64,000 nt of DNA from Podarcis pityusensis (lineage: Eukaryota): the NCBI GenBank assembly GCA_964106645.2, contig OZ067039.1. One strand, 5' to 3'. The first letter of the stretch is position 1. Each line of letters begins with the position of its first letter. A program made the translations under genes and the position numbers. The notes beneath the pieces were generated by a model, which was not told where the DNA came from, ran no database searches, and worked only from the letters and a program-made list of their open reading frames with translations. Below are positions 47,285-60,767 of this stretch, one piece after another.

Positions 47285-48829
47285 TATTAGTCTACAGCAG
47301 GGGTGGAGGGGGGGGCTTGAGGCCCTCCAGATGTTGGACTCCAACTCCCATCAGCCCCTGCCAGTGTGGCCAATGGTCAAGGATGAAGGGAGTCGGAGTC
47401 CAGCAATATCTAGAGGACCACAAATTCCCCACCTCTGATTTTCAGTTCTCTATGCCTTCTTGCCACAGCACAAAACCCCTTTTGCTAGTACAGGTACTTT
47501 ACCTTCTTGATTAGAGGCATGTTTCCAAGCTGTTATACCTACACACCAGTTCTATGAACATATAAACTTCGGCTTATTCAATGTCAACAGAGCCAAACGG
47601 AGCTTATGTTACTAGAGTAATAGATGGAAACCAGGCCTACTGGGGTGGGGTGAGGAGGCCAGGGAATCCACTGGGCAGAACTAGGACATTGCCATTAAGA
47701 CATTCATCCTGCCCGGTCTCCAGAAAGGACAGGAAGGATGTTGTTTACAAGGTCTCAAAGCACAGAGCCTTGTTCTCCTGTGCTGTCTTCCAGTGTCAAC
47801 ACATAGTGCAACACAAGGAGGAAACAAACCTGCTCTGTGTCTCAGGTAATTTTGGGACGCACCTGCTACCAACAAACACTCCTTGGTAAAAGGTCATAAA
47901 ACTCATGAAACTGGGGACAAGACAAGGTGGTTAGACTGTCCACAGGCAATGCGGTAGTCTGTTTCCTACCACTATTAATGTACCCAACACAGCTTTTCCT
48001 GCAATGGAATTAAAAATACCAATTAAGTTTCAATTCCCTTCCAGATCCTAACTTCTGGAAAACAGTCATATTCCTTTTGGGGACACAGAAAACATTCATA
48101 TATTCATAGAGCTCTGAATAACTGGAACTGCTGTTTACCCATTGTCGGATGGGAAACATAACCAAGCAAAAGGGAATCGTGACTATGCCTCAATGGACAA
48201 AAGGCACTGACAGCACAATCCTATACATGCCTACTCAGAAGTAAATTCATTGAGCAACGGGGTTTACTCCCAAGAAATTGGGTACAAGAATGTAGTCTTA
48301 AAGTCAGTCGTAATGAAGCCCCCTTTCAGTGCTTTCTATGGGGCTGAGTTACAACGAACTTCTGCCATCCAAGTTGGTGGCTATCACTATATCTAGGGGG
48401 CTAAAATTCCATAGTTTAAAGATGCGTGTCCAGTGTTCAAAATTCACATGCGACCAAGTGAAGATGTCCAGCCCCCAGGATGGCGCCTAATGTCTCCACC
48501 ATCTGGAGGTGCATGCCTGGGGATCTTTGGGTCTTGCCTGTTTTCACACAATAGCAACACATCCTGTAGAATTATACCCATTATATTTTATCTGCACAAT
48601 CAGAATGAATTTCAGGAACCAAAAAGTCGTGGTGAAAGATATGTCTTTCAAGCCAATGTGGCCCAAAAATGGTAACTAGGCATTCCGTTTTGGCAACTGT
48701 AACCCTGGTTTTTACATTTGGCACATAGCTTTTATCTGATTTTCTAATACAGTACTGGATCATGTGTTATGTGAAGAAGTACTTTTTTTTATCTGCCCTA
48801 AACGTTCCAGTATTAAACTTCATTGACAG

Positions 48830-49550
48830 TCCCAAGTTCTAGTATTACGAAAGAGAGAAGAGCTTCTCTTAGTTTACCTCTACCCCGTACATAATTTTAT
48901 ACACTTCTATCACACCTGTCCTTTACTCACCTTCTCTCTATGCTAAAAAAAAAAAAAGCCCCACATGTTATACCTTTTCCTTGTAGAGCAGTTTTGGCTT
49001 CCATTTTCTTAACTTTTTCCAGCTCTACAATACTCTTTTTGAGGTGAAGGAACTGTACACGGTATTATTTAAAGTGTAGCTGCACCACAGATTTGTATAA
49101 CAACATTACAGTATTGGCAGTTTTATTTCCCTTTCCTAACCCAGCATGCAATTCACCTTTTTCATAGCTGCTGCAGGCTGGCTCAACATCTTAGTTGAGC
49201 TAACAGCAATGACCCCAAAATCTTGCTTCTGCTCAGTCAACCCCACTTCAGATCCCATGAGCATGTATGTGAAGTTAAGATTTATTTACAGTGATACCTT
49301 GGTTTACAACCATAAACCGTTCCGGAGGTCCAGTTGTAAACCAAAACAGGTTGTAACCCAAGACGTGCTTTCGCCAATGGGGCCTCAAAAAAAATAAAAA
49401 ATGGTTGTAATAAAAAAGGGGGGGGGGGAAAGGTTGTAATCCAAAAAAAGGGACACACACTTCAGGGTTTGACGTGGTTGTAATCCAAAACGGTTGCAAA
49501 CCAAGGTACCACTGTATTTGCCCCACTTTACTTTCACTGAACTGCAATTA
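48830..49550 (-). mobile_element. Old degraded CR1-like fragment interrupted by a MITE
   Basis: Weak colinear similarity to 45230-45700 (e.g. GAACTGTACACGGTATT, TTTTTCATAGCTGCTGC, ATGACCCCAAAATC). Confidence 0.5.
49289..49514. mobile_element. Tigger/pogo-type MITE (related subfamily)
   Basis: TIRs CAGTGATACCTTGGTTT and AAACCAAGGTACCACTG, TA on both sides. Confidence 0.85.
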
Positions 49551-51099
49551 CCCTTTTTTTGTAAGGGAGAATCTTACAAAAGCATAAAATGAAATGTTCA
49601 TCCTATTTTGGAGAACTCACAAACCCCTTTTCAAATGGACCTAAATTTGCGTGCCTGCAACCCACTCACTAGGATACAGCCCACTAAGGATGTGGGGGAC
49701 AGTGGCTGTGTAGCTTCAACAGACAGGCTATTTGGCCATACCTTCCCTAGTTAGTGTCCATTGGCCTCATTGGTATCACAGTAGGCTACCCTCTTCTACA
49801 AGCGAGGCTCGCCTGGCGCCTTCATTACATATTTTTAAGTACTAGGCAAAAAAGTTTCTCTTCAACCAGGCATTCAACTGATTAACATTCTATGGCTTTT
49901 TATAAGTGTTGTGGAAGGTGGGGAGTTCATAATACAAAGCTTTAGTACTGGTGCACTTATGAGTCCCTTTCACATATTATTATTTTTTCCTGATTATGCA
50001 AGCAGTTTACATGCACTTCATCCAAAGCACTGGGCAGTGGAGAATCAGAACTAGGTCTCCACAAGAGAGAAACAGTTCAAGTCCTGAATGCCTGTACCTG
50101 TGGTTGGGTTAGTCTCAAGAGATGGCTTGGCCCTCTTTAGTAAAATTGGGATCTGCCAGCCAACAACACATTCTTTCCCATGGGTGAACGGATGCATCAG
50201 TGTTGTTTATGGGATTTCCATCCCCAACCCTCTCTACTAGTTATTCTGCCCAAGAGTCATGCTGCAAAAACCACTGTCTAGACCCAAAAGAGAGGACAGT
50301 CAATAGATCACAGTTAAAATTACCAAAGCGCAGGGAAACCCTAATAAAACATTTTCAGCCACAGGAAGAGTCGAGACCAAAGGTCACTTCTATAAACAAC
50401 TTAATGCTGAGGAAAGGTGAGTTCATGCCAGTGCTTCTCACATCCCACTTATTTCCAAATGAATGCCTGGTCCTCCTCAAGGCCTTAGCATGCACTGCCT
50501 TTAAAATTTTTAAAAAATGAACTACATGAACTAAACTCAGATTCATTCACACATGCACTCGAATCCTATGCATGCTTAGTCAGAATATTGCTGAGTAAGT
50601 ATATAGGATTGCTGCCTCTCAGGTGTACATCTATAAAGAGAACTGAATTGCACACTGGTTCTCAATCTCCTCCTAGTGAAAGGAACACAAAAACTCCAAT
50701 AAAAAGCCACCTACACATTGCAGGGTTTAGGGATGGGTTCACTGCTGAGAGGCAGAGGTACTGGTTAATGAACGGCTGATGCCCAAAGTAATATCCTCCA
50801 GCCCTGCCTAAGGCAAATCCAAGGATGATAGAGGAGGCAGTGTACCTTGCACTGGCAACACACATGGTACTCCTCTCTCCTGAGACTCATTATTATAATT
50901 CAAGGATGCTACGGCCCCTCTAGCAATATGGATAGATTACAAGAGCGACCTATTTCAGTAATGGGGTGGGTTAGATATTAGGGAGGAAGCACTTAGTTGC
51001 CTTGTCCCGTGTGCACCTGCGGGAATATGCTGTTTCAGTTCCCTGGGGAATCCACCTTTGAACTCTGAGCGGATGTTAGTCATTGTGCAGTGGCTCTGC

Positions 51100-52210
51100 A
51101 ACCTCAGCTGAGGTCGATGGTCAGCCCTGCTGCATCCCTTCCCTTTCGCTCTTTCTGCTCCAAGCAACTGCCGGCAGCCCCTTCTCTGGCTCCTAGTCCG
51201 GGGGAGCGGCGTCCCCCGTCCGCCTCCCCTAGGGCAGAATCGCAGCTCGAAAGAGCTTTCCAAGAAGCGACGCAAGGTGTCAGCAAAGTTCCTGCCAGCG
51301 CGCTAGAAACCCGCCGCCTCCCACCGATCTAAGGGGCGGCCAGCCGGGGCGCTCCCTTCCTTAAAAGCAGGCCTTTCCTCTCCGGGGGCCGCTCTCCAGG
51401 AGGCACCCCCTAAGGAGAAGCGGGCATCTCATATTATTTCCCCCTTTCCTTTTTTTCTCGCTCACTCGTGCCTGCGCGCAAATACTGGACTAAGAAACTC
51501 TTGCAAGTCTTTAACTTGAGTCACTAAGCTGGATCCCAGGAGCGAGGGAGGGACGGGTGTCCTCGCCCGCTTCCCGCAGAAGCCTCTCCTCCTTGCCAGA
51601 AGAGGTCCAAGCCCTTTTAAGGACACAGCCTCCTGCTTCCTCCGAGATGCCACAGGACAGCCGCCGCCGGGCCGGTCCCCCACCCCCCGCTCGTAGGGGC
51701 CACCCTAAAATCGGGCACGCGATTCTGCCCCCCCCCACGCCCCGAGAGAATGTGGGGTGTCGCCCCGTGGAGAGCCCTGCCTCCCGCTGGAGGGGATTTC
51801 AACCGGGCGTAACCTCCCCGGCACCATCTCTTCCGACCCGGGCGCATCCCCAGTGTGCAATGATGGCGAGCCCGGCTCCGCGAGCGCTTTAAGCGGGGAC
51901 GGGACGGGAAGAGATACTGACATGCTAGCGAACGGCAGGGGCTCTCAGCCGCGCACTCAGCTCTCCCCGCTTCCTCCGGCTGCGCAGAGCAGAACTACCC
52001 CGCTTTCGCCCTCGCTCCTCCCTTTACGCACAAGTCGAGGAGAGGCGGGAAAGAAAGACGCCCAGCTTCTTCTTCTGGAGGCCACAGCGCCGTGTAGCGG
52101 CTAGGAAATTTCTTCCTCAGGAGAGCCTCCCGCCCCCCCCCCATCGCGTCTTGGCTTTTTCAGCCGCGCGTCTAGAAGCATGTGTGCACTCGGAACACGA
52201 GCGTGCTTCG
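51100..52210 (-). promoter_or_regulatory. CpG island: likely promoter and non-coding first exon for NAA80 (and HYAL3)
   Basis: Sharp rise in GC and CpG. Candidate donor CGA|GTGAGC at 51466/51465. Lies upstream of NAA80 and downstream of the HYAL1 polyA signal, as in mammals where NAA80 and HYAL3 share exon 1. Confidence 0.7.
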
Positions 52211-54402
52211 TGAAGGGGAGATTAATGCATATTGTGAGCGTTGAATCCCCAGAAGAGATGAAATTCGACTGTCCGCTATGCAGTTGGAGACACCCTTTGA
52301 AACCCTTGTTTTGCTTGGAAGAGGCATCTGTTCAATTTATCATAGACATAATAGATTTAGTAAGCATACGTTAGTAAAATTAGGTACAACATAAATATTA
52401 TTACTTAGTTTTTAGTTTTTCTTACAGAATAAGAAAACCCTGGCAGGATGTGAAGAACATTTCCTGAAGGATCAGTTACACCATTTCTGTTTTCCTTCAT
52501 GATACAGGCTTCAATCCTATGCAAACTCACCTGGTAGTAAGCCCCACTTAACTCAAGGGAGCAGACATTTACAGCATTGCATTGTTTTTCAGCTACATAC
52601 TGGAAGTACTCATATTAGCATATGATTTTATGTGGCAGACAGTAGGTAGTTCTTAAGAAGGATGGAAAGAACTGTTGTCATTGGTTTCCAGGGGTAGTGT
52701 AGACGTGCATGCTTTTACTCAGATCTCCAGGATTTCAGAAGAATTTGCACTTCCACAGTAGGACATCCGGAAGGGGCCTGCTGTCACTCTACCTCCATTA
52801 ATGAATGCCTGGTACTTCACTTCGTACAAGAGGTACATTTTCAGAAGAACAAACACTTCCAGGAACTTTCCCATCACAAGTCATTTGAGAATGGGCTGCC
52901 CATATAAGTAATGCAAGAGTGGCTAATCCTAGTTTGGGGGCCTGATCTACTTCTACAAGCAAATGTTTCTGACTCCCCATGACCATACTGATTTTAGGCA
53001 TGGCAGCAAAAATAGACACAACACTGGGATGGGGAAAACCAAGAGCATAACCTTGATGGGAGTGCAGGTTGCTCCTTCCCAGGTAATTAGATCTTTCGAT
53101 GAGCAGAGAGGGGGCCATTACCCCTCCCCTCAGCTGATCTGCATGGATTATCTAAGGAGGGGAGGCTGCTGGTGTGTCTTGTGGGTGCACGCATGCAAGA
53201 GTGGCCACACTCACCACTGGTATGTGGCCTGTGGAAGGTTGGCCAAGAGTGAATGTGGCCCTCGTATCCAAAAAGTGTTGGGAGGGGTGAGGAAGGTCCA
53301 GCATGGAACAGAAGTGCCCATTTGCAGGTGTATTTATGTACAACAGGTTCTAATAGATAATGTCAGATGCAAACAGAGACACTAGTTTAGACATGTAGTA
53401 TACCACTTTTAATAAAGATCTAGCCTCTACCTCTACATGCAGGGAAGCATGAAGAGTGGCTTCTTCTGACTAATGGCCTAAGAATTACTACCCAAAACCC
53501 CCAGTTAGAGTCATATACTACTGTGCCTGCTCAGTTTCATTAATATGATATTGCTACATCTAACAATATCATAGAGGCTCTAGCTGAAGTTCCTCTCGAC
53601 TTGGGGAGGAAGCAGGATCATACATCAAAAACTATATGCTGGGATACCACATTCAATCTGCTGTCCTAATTCGGCCTTCCTCAACCTGATGCCCCCTAGA
53701 TGTTTTGAACTACAACTCCCATCATCCCCAGCCAGCCCATGAATCGAAAACATCTGGAGAGCACCAGCTTGAGGAAGGTTGTCCTTATTCAACTGCAACA
53801 CAACAGCCTTGCTGTGTTGCCATTGGGTCTTATTCTCTGGTAGCTGCCTGCCACCACCAGCCTCCCACTTACTCTTGCAGTCCAAATGGGTGATGACCTG
53901 GGATGCACCAAAGCAATTGCTTTTCAAAAGGTCCCGAGCCACTGCACCTGGCATTCCTTGGTTCACAAACTGCTAGGGAAATCAGGGCTAGCTTCCAGCT
54001 GCCTTATCCTGGTCCAAGCTCAAAGCAACTTGATTGTTTCCCTGGGAGACCACTCCTAACTTCCTCAAACCCAAGAACTCTGAGACCAAGGGCACTGTGC
54101 ATGTCCCAGACAGTTCCCTTGTAAGTTACTCAGAGTGTAAAGACAGCCCACACTCCCTGAGCCCTTCCCAGATCTCAGAAGAGCATGCTGGTCTCTTACA
54201 CTCTAATCCTAAACTTTCAGTAGCATAAATTCCAAGCATCTCTAGGCACATGGTTACGGTGGAACCCAGGTAGGCAAAATAACCTTCCACCTCCACTCCT
54301 TCATGGTCTCCTGAGAAAGTCAGATGCCAATATAAGACACATGGGGATTCTAAAACTCTGAGGCTGGGAATAACACACACTTCAGTGGTCAGCTTAGGAA
54401 AC

Positions 54403-54408
54403 TTTATT
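54403..54408 (-). promoter_or_regulatory. Probable HYAL1 polyadenylation signal AATAAA
   Basis: TTTATT on + strand, about 1.25 kb past the HYAL1 stop. Confidence 0.55.
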
Positions 54409-55320
54409 AAATCTTTATGAAAGGTAAAGGAAAAGCAGGCAGAAGGTTGCAACTGAATACAAAATAAACCAGGACACTGTGGCTCTAAAACTGGACTAAT
54501 CCTATCCTAGCCATTACAATATGATTCTAATTTACTTTCGAGTAGACAACAAAGATGATCAGCCTTGCATAAAGTCCAGTCTGAATCCCGGATAGTGGGA
54601 GGGAACACAGAGGCAGCTAAGCTTTCTTAAAGGTTCTCTCTCCCTTGTCTTCTTGAGGGAGTGACTTCTGACAACTGACCAAGGGGGCCAGTGTTGAGGC
54701 TGCTGTAGTCTCTCAGGTAGGCGTCTTAGGTACCCTCCTTAAAACTGAAGAGAATTGGCAGGAGATACTTGACAAACTGGCTTAGAGAAATGGTGGGGCA
54801 AATCAGGGCCTTTCTCCGCAGTCCTAACAACTAACAAATCTGAGAATAATTTCAGATCTCCTGCTTGAAACACAGAGTCTACTCCTGAAGACAGCCAGGA
54901 GGGCTCTTGGAGAGCAGAAGTCATATGTGAGATAGGACAGAGTGTTGTGAAATATTGCAATGGCAGGCCAGCAATGTATCTAATAGGCATTTAACAGTTT
55001 GATTTAAACACATGCACACTGGTCTACGCATGCACATTTTAAGTTTTTTATAAGGACAAGCGGTGTCCTATAGTGCAGCCATGCCTGAAAAGCATTCCCT
55101 CTCTCAGTCTACTTCTGAGTAGATTGCATATTTCAGGAGAAAGCCAAGTATGTGCTTCTGGGGAAAGTATGTATAAGCACATGTTGACCAGAAGGTACAT
55201 GTGGAGATCCTCTCATAAGTGTGTAGTGGTGAGGGAAGAGAGAGAGAGAAGAGATTTTTATATACCTAAGGAGTACAGGCTGGTGCAATGTGCCTTTCCT
55301 GCAGCTTTCCTTGCCAATTA

Positions 55321-55614
55321 CTGCATTTTTCGCTCCATAAGATGCACTTTTTTCCTCCTAAAAAGTAAGGGGAGTGAATGCCTATGGACGGTGGCGGGAT
55401 CCCGCAGCAGTTGCAAGCAGAGGCTCCATGGCTCCCCTTCCTTCCCTCCTCTGAGGCTCGCTTTAAAACAGCAAAGCAGACAGGAGCTGCCCGCTTTGCT
55501 GCTTTAAATAGTTTAGTACAACATTTGATTCAGAATATTTTTTTTCGTGTTTTCCTCCTCTAAAAACTAGGTGCGTCTTATGGTCAGGTGCGTCTTATGG
55601 AGCGAAAAATACAG
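55321..55614. mobile_element. Tc2/pogo-like MITE in the HYAL1 3' UTR
   Basis: TIRs CTGCATTTTTCGCTCCATAAGATGCAC and GTGCGTCTTATGGAGCGAAAAATACAG, TA on both sides. Confidence 0.85.
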
Positions 55615-55651
55615 TAAGTGCCTGTGCAAACAGATAAGGTGCCTCTCTCTC

Positions 55652-55966
55652 TTAAGTTGACCTTTTCTCACACCGCGAGCCTTCCCAGCCGCTGTAACAT
55701 TGGCATGCGAATTCTTTGGCCATCTGGACTTGCTCCTTCACTGACATCTGACCCCTGACAACAAAGTGTGGCTCTTCCGACTGCCTCTGAATAGAGAAGC
55801 TGGCAGGAGTGAGGTGCAGAAAAGCATTGAGGTGCCCGTCCTGCCGCACACAGCGGCCGTTCTTTGAACACAAGATCTGGCTACACAGCCTGGTGCTGCT
55901 GGTCACATTTACAATGTATGGACCAAGGACAGTGTCCACGTACTTCTTCACATCGAGGCAGGCTTC
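55652..55966 (-). CDS. HYAL1: HYAL1 last coding exon
   Basis: tttcag|GAA; [24 protein letters not shown]...CQCYSGWEGSRCEKRST*. Confidence 0.93.
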   Translation of the reverse strand, partial: EACLDVKKYVDTVLGPYIVNVTSSTRLCSQILCSKNGRCVRQDGHLNAFLHLTPASFSIQRQSEEPHFVVRGQMSVKEQVQMAKEFACQCYSGWEGSRCEKRST

Positions 55967-58900
55967 CTGAAAGGGGCAAAACCAAGTCCAGGGGAAGAAA
56001 GTTAGCATTTTCCTATTCCAAGTGGGCAACAGCCAAGTTCCTTCAACACATCCTTGCTGTTGTAGGACCAAACCTTTAAGAGCATGAATGGGAGGATTCC
56101 TCCTGCCACTGCCTGATCTCCAAGCCCCATCTTCAACACTTCAACATCAACACACACCTAATCGCAGAACTAACAAAATTAGCCATTTGCCTTCATGACC
56201 TTAATCTGTATTTTCATTTTTTAACGGTGTCTTATGTTTTTAACCTTGTATACCACCCTGATATTTTGTGATGTGGCAGTGCAGACTTTTATAAATATAA
56301 ATAAAGAAGCCGGGCTGGCTAGCTGACTTGATGATGCAAAAGGACTACCACTAACCCCATCCAAGCTAATAACGGCATCCTACCCCAGAGGTTCTCCTTC
56401 AACCTATACATTTGTGAATATAAAAAGTTTTGCAAAGAGGCAATAAGGTTCCAGGGCACATTCAGGACTGTCCCCTTCAACATAGACTTGCCAGTCTAAA
56501 TTGGGGCTTCCCATCATTTGGTAAAGGAGGAGAAAAGCAAGTCAAAAAATAAGGATGCTTCACCTCTCTCTTAAGGGACTTGCAAATCTGAGCACCTCAT
56601 AGTCACAGATTTATTCACAACCACAAGGCTGCTACCATAACACACAGGTTGCTTTACAAAAGCAGTGAGAAATTTATGTACTGCTTGGTTGTAATAAAAC
56701 AAAACAAAACTCTGCTCCATAGCTACAGGATCCTGCTGATGTCCCCTGACTGGTTCTCTTATTTGGTCTCATTTTTATTCCCCGCTTCCTCAAGGAGCCC
56801 AGGGTAACACAAAGTTCTTCCGCCCTCCCCCAATTTATCCTCACAAGAACCCTGCAAAGTAAGTTAGGCCAAGATACTGTGACTGGCTCCAAGACCCCCC
56901 AGCAACTTCCATGGCTGAATGAGGATCTGAACCTGGGACTCGACAGGCTCCCGACACTCCAACCACTGAACCACACTGGCTCCCACTCCCAATCCTGCTC
57001 CTCTGCGTCACTCACCTCAGAGTTACTGTCATTTGTGCTCCCCCACAATATGACCCCAGCAGCACCTTGAGAGGCACTCTCACCAATGGTGTGGACCAGG
57101 TCCTCCTGCAGAACAAGCAGAGCAAAAACAGTGAGTTCACCAGTAGTCTCTTCTCTGACATCTGGATTTGCATGCCCATCATTGGGTCCTTCTTGGTCCA
57201 TTAAAACCAGAGGTGAGGAAACAGTGACTTCTTGAACTCTAGCTCCTATTAGCCCTGGCCAGCATGGCAATGGCCAGGGGCGATGGGGAGTTATAGTTGA
57301 GCAACATCTGGATGGCCACATGTTCCCCACCCCTCCTTTAGACACTATGGCTTATGGACAGAAGCAGCAACACTCTGGGTATCTTGGCCATACTTAGGAT
57401 TATGTATTAGGAAAGGAATCAGGAAATGATCAGTGATTAAACATTTAGCCTGCTGCCTTTAACAAAGTGTTTTTTAAAAAAACCTTTTTTTGGGAGATCT
57501 AACTCCTTCTCCTCAGTGGCTCCTTTGTTAATTGACCTTTGTGTGGATGACCTTCAAATCCATCTGCTTCTATCAGATCACTTGTCTCAAGATATCTTTC
57601 TGATCTGACACTTCCTCGTGGACATGCCAGCATTATTATTACATGCCCCTGTCTCCCAGGCATGCAATGCTTTTCTGAGTCATCTTCAAATTCCTCCACA
57701 GTCAAGTCATTGCCCAGTGCTGATGCTCCTTCCTCTTCAAAATTCTTAGAAACCACCTGATTCCTGCTCTCATCCATGCTCTGGTCACATCCTGCCTTCG
57801 CTGCTACAAATCCTGCTGCTCATCACTCTCTTGTCCTCTCTCCATTTCAGCAAATTCAGAAAGCCTCAGCTAAAACGATCCCTCTCCCTAAAGATCCTGT
57901 AGCAAAATTATTTGGATATGTAAAGTATAGTGTACTAGAAAATGATTTAGAGATGGTGATTACTTTGCTAACAGCAGCCAGGCTTACAATATGACAGAGC
58001 CATCCACTGGCACATTTAGTTAATTGGATAGGCAACAAGAACACAAATTCATTGAGAAGGGAAGTTTGTTTGTCTCTTATCGAAACAACAAAATGCAGGA
58101 TTCAGCAAAAACCTATACTTGCCACTGGTTTAATCTCTTGGAGGTGGGACGCAGGTGGCACTGTGGGTTAAACCACAGAGCCTAGGACTTGCTGATCAGA
58201 AGGTCAGTGGTTTGAATCCCCGTGACGGGGTGAGCTCCTGTTGCTTGGTCCCTGCTCCTGCCAACCTAGCAGTTCGAAAGCATGTCAAAGTGCAAGTAGA
58301 TAAATAGGTACCGCTCCAGCGGGAAAGTAAATGGCGTTTCCGTGTGCTGCTCTGGTTCGCCAGAAGCGGCTTAGTCATGCTGGCCACATGACCCGGAAGC
58401 TGTACGCCGGCTCCCTTGGCCAATAAAGCGAGATGAGCGCCACAACCCCAGAGTCGGCCACGACTGGACCTAATGGTCAGGGGTCCCTTTACCTTTACTT
58501 AATCTCTTGGAATATGTTATTTATTATTATTTATTTAATAAATGTAAACACCTCTTGATTGTTTAAAAAAAAACCTCAAAGCAGTTTACAAAATTGGAAG
58601 TACAGATCAGGAAATTTAAATACGAGAAGAAGAAATGCATTGTACAGCAATATGCTTAGTATGCTCAGCAGGAAGAGGGAATCATATGTTTTTAATTACG
58701 TGAATATTTCTTAGTATACGATATTTATACTGGCCTGTTTTCACACTGACTTTGTTCTGTGCAGGCATGGGGAGGGGGAGCAGAAGTGTTTTTCAGAGCT
58801 TGCTTGCAAGGAGATGCTCGCTATGTGGAGATAGTGTGAGAGGAGCCTGGGCTTTGCAGTCACCACCCACCCCAAACCTTCCCTATGAAGGGGGCACAAG

Positions 58901-60767
58901 GTGAGAAAAGGGTAGAAGAAGCAGTGGGAGGGGGAGCAATGGTGTCTTGAAAAAGCCTGATCTGAAATAAAGCTCTGGCTCATTTCCCTGCTGCTCCCTA
59001 CTAAGTATATGGAAGAACCTCTCCCCCTCTGTTGTGTCACCATGGCAGTGTTTCATCTCTTCCTTTAAATTCATTCTTAAAATAGCTTCCCTCTGCAAAG
59101 GCTTTCCTGGGCTCCCCTAGATTCACTTGTTCCATGCCTATCACTAGCTAACTCCTCTACAGCCTTCCTTCCAAAACATCCTCACCCCACCTCCCTACAC
59201 CCCAAATCAAAGCTTATTTTCTCCTTAGTCCTGCCCATTACTGACAAACTAAAGTCTGCTGGGCAGGGACTGTGCTAGTTTGAGGTTTTGCAGTACATTT
59301 TCATTACTGACACAACATCAACATTTATATATTTTTTTAAAAAACCCTGATTTTCTTAAAAGAAATCTGAAATAGGAATAGTTTGATATTTTTCTTTCAT
59401 AATATTTACTTATACATAACAACATTTGAAAACACAATAATTTTCAACATTGGCTTATTGAAAAACAAGAGCCTTCATAATATTTCTGACCAAAAATAAA
59501 AGTGTGACATATACCAGAAACAGTTGCAAAAGGGAGAACAACAACAGCGTTTTTGCTTAACCAGGATAAATGTTATGAACATCTAAATGTTGGGGTAAGT
59601 GTTTTTCTCAAAATGAAATATTAGAATATTAATATTAATATTAGAAATATTTGACATGGCTACCGCTCATTCCCAGGAAAATCACTGTAGCAGATTCTTA
59701 ATGGCAACTGCACACACTGAAGCCAAGATTCTCCAAGCATACCGACAGAGAAGTATCTCCCACTTCCATGTTGTGTTTTCAGGTTAAGTACTTATTGGCA
59801 AAGATTGATCGTATTCTGCATTGGGACATCTGGGAAAGCTTACCTGTGACAGGAAGCTCTGTGTCTGTGTGAACTGATATTCAATGGAAGCATAAGGCAA
59901 GACTGGGATGCTTCCATTCCCCGTCTGGTTCACTATCCTGAATGCCTCTTGGACTCGATGACGGACAAACTCAAGAGTCTTGTTGAGGAATCTGAGCTCT
60001 TTGGGAAGATAAATGCTGGGATAGAGAGCTCGGCTTTGGTTCCACAGCCACTGCAATTCGTCATTCCTCTGCTTCTCAATCTCTGGACATTCTCCGGTGT
60101 AATCGGTGCTTTTGTATTCATTGTTATAGCAGTCAGGGAAGCCATAGAAGCCCCAGAAACCCTCCGGCCTCAGGGTTCGGCCAAGCGCCAAAGTCAGCTC
60201 CATGAACGCCCGACTCATTTGCTCGAATTCTCGCTTAGCTTCCCTAGCCACCTTATCAGCAGGCCAGCCGGGGTGCTGCTCCTTCACCAGCTCTATGGAT
60301 TTATTCTGGTAGATCTGCATGGAGTCCCAGTTGCGAACCCACAAGGGACGCCAGCTCTCCCAGTCCACGACCGCCAGACCTTTGAAACCTGCCTCCGAAA
60401 TTGTTTTTTCAATATCTTGCCCAGTCTTCCAAAGATGACTATTGAGGCTGGCGTTTTGGGGGGTGCCCCCGTTGACCGCTGTGGCGTTCTCAGTGTAGTA
60501 TGGATAATATCCTAACCTGTGGCTGTAGAAAAGGGTAATGTCGCTCCCTGTGAATGATTCGTTCTGGTTGGCAACCACATCAAAAATCCCCAAGTCAAGG
60601 GATACTCTGTATTTCTCTTCACATTCTTGACTGGGAGCATTCCAGACGGTGATGAATGGATGATCCAGTATTACAGGGCCTCCACCAGCCATTCGACGGC
60701 TCCAAGCCACTGAGAAAACATCCAGCAAGCAGACCCACAGTGTCAAGTATGCTGTAATAATTGCCAT
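55652..60767 (-). CDS. HYAL1: Hyaluronidase-1 (GH56), ~442 aa. complement(join(55652-55966,57016-57105,59844-60767))
   Basis: Signal peptide, PFITVWNA, catalytic [51 protein letters not shown] domain ends CEKRST* with no hydrophobic GPI tail, unlike HYAL2/SPAM1/HYAL4. Syntenic position. Confidence 0.92.
57016..57105 (-). CDS. HYAL1: HYAL1 90-bp coding exon
   Basis: ctgcag|GAG...GAG|gtgagt; EDLVHTIGESASQGAAGVILWGSTNDSNSE. Confidence 0.93.
58143..58498 (+). mobile_element. Full-length Sauria SINE
   Basis: GGGACGCAGGTGGCACTGTGG head, CCAACCTAGCAGTTCGAAAGCA...TAGATAAATAGGTACC core and ACCTTT-type tail. 13-bp TSD TTAATCTCTTGGA at 58130-58142 and 58499-58511. Confidence 0.92.
59844..60767 (-). 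CDS. HYAL1: HYAL1 large first coding exon
   Basis: AAAATGG start; ends CAG|gtaagc; 308 codons. Confidence 0.92.

Noticed and set aside
55652-60767. HYAL2, SPAM1 or HYAL4 assignment
   Set aside because: No C-terminal GPI signal; motifs and position next to NAA80 fit HYAL1.
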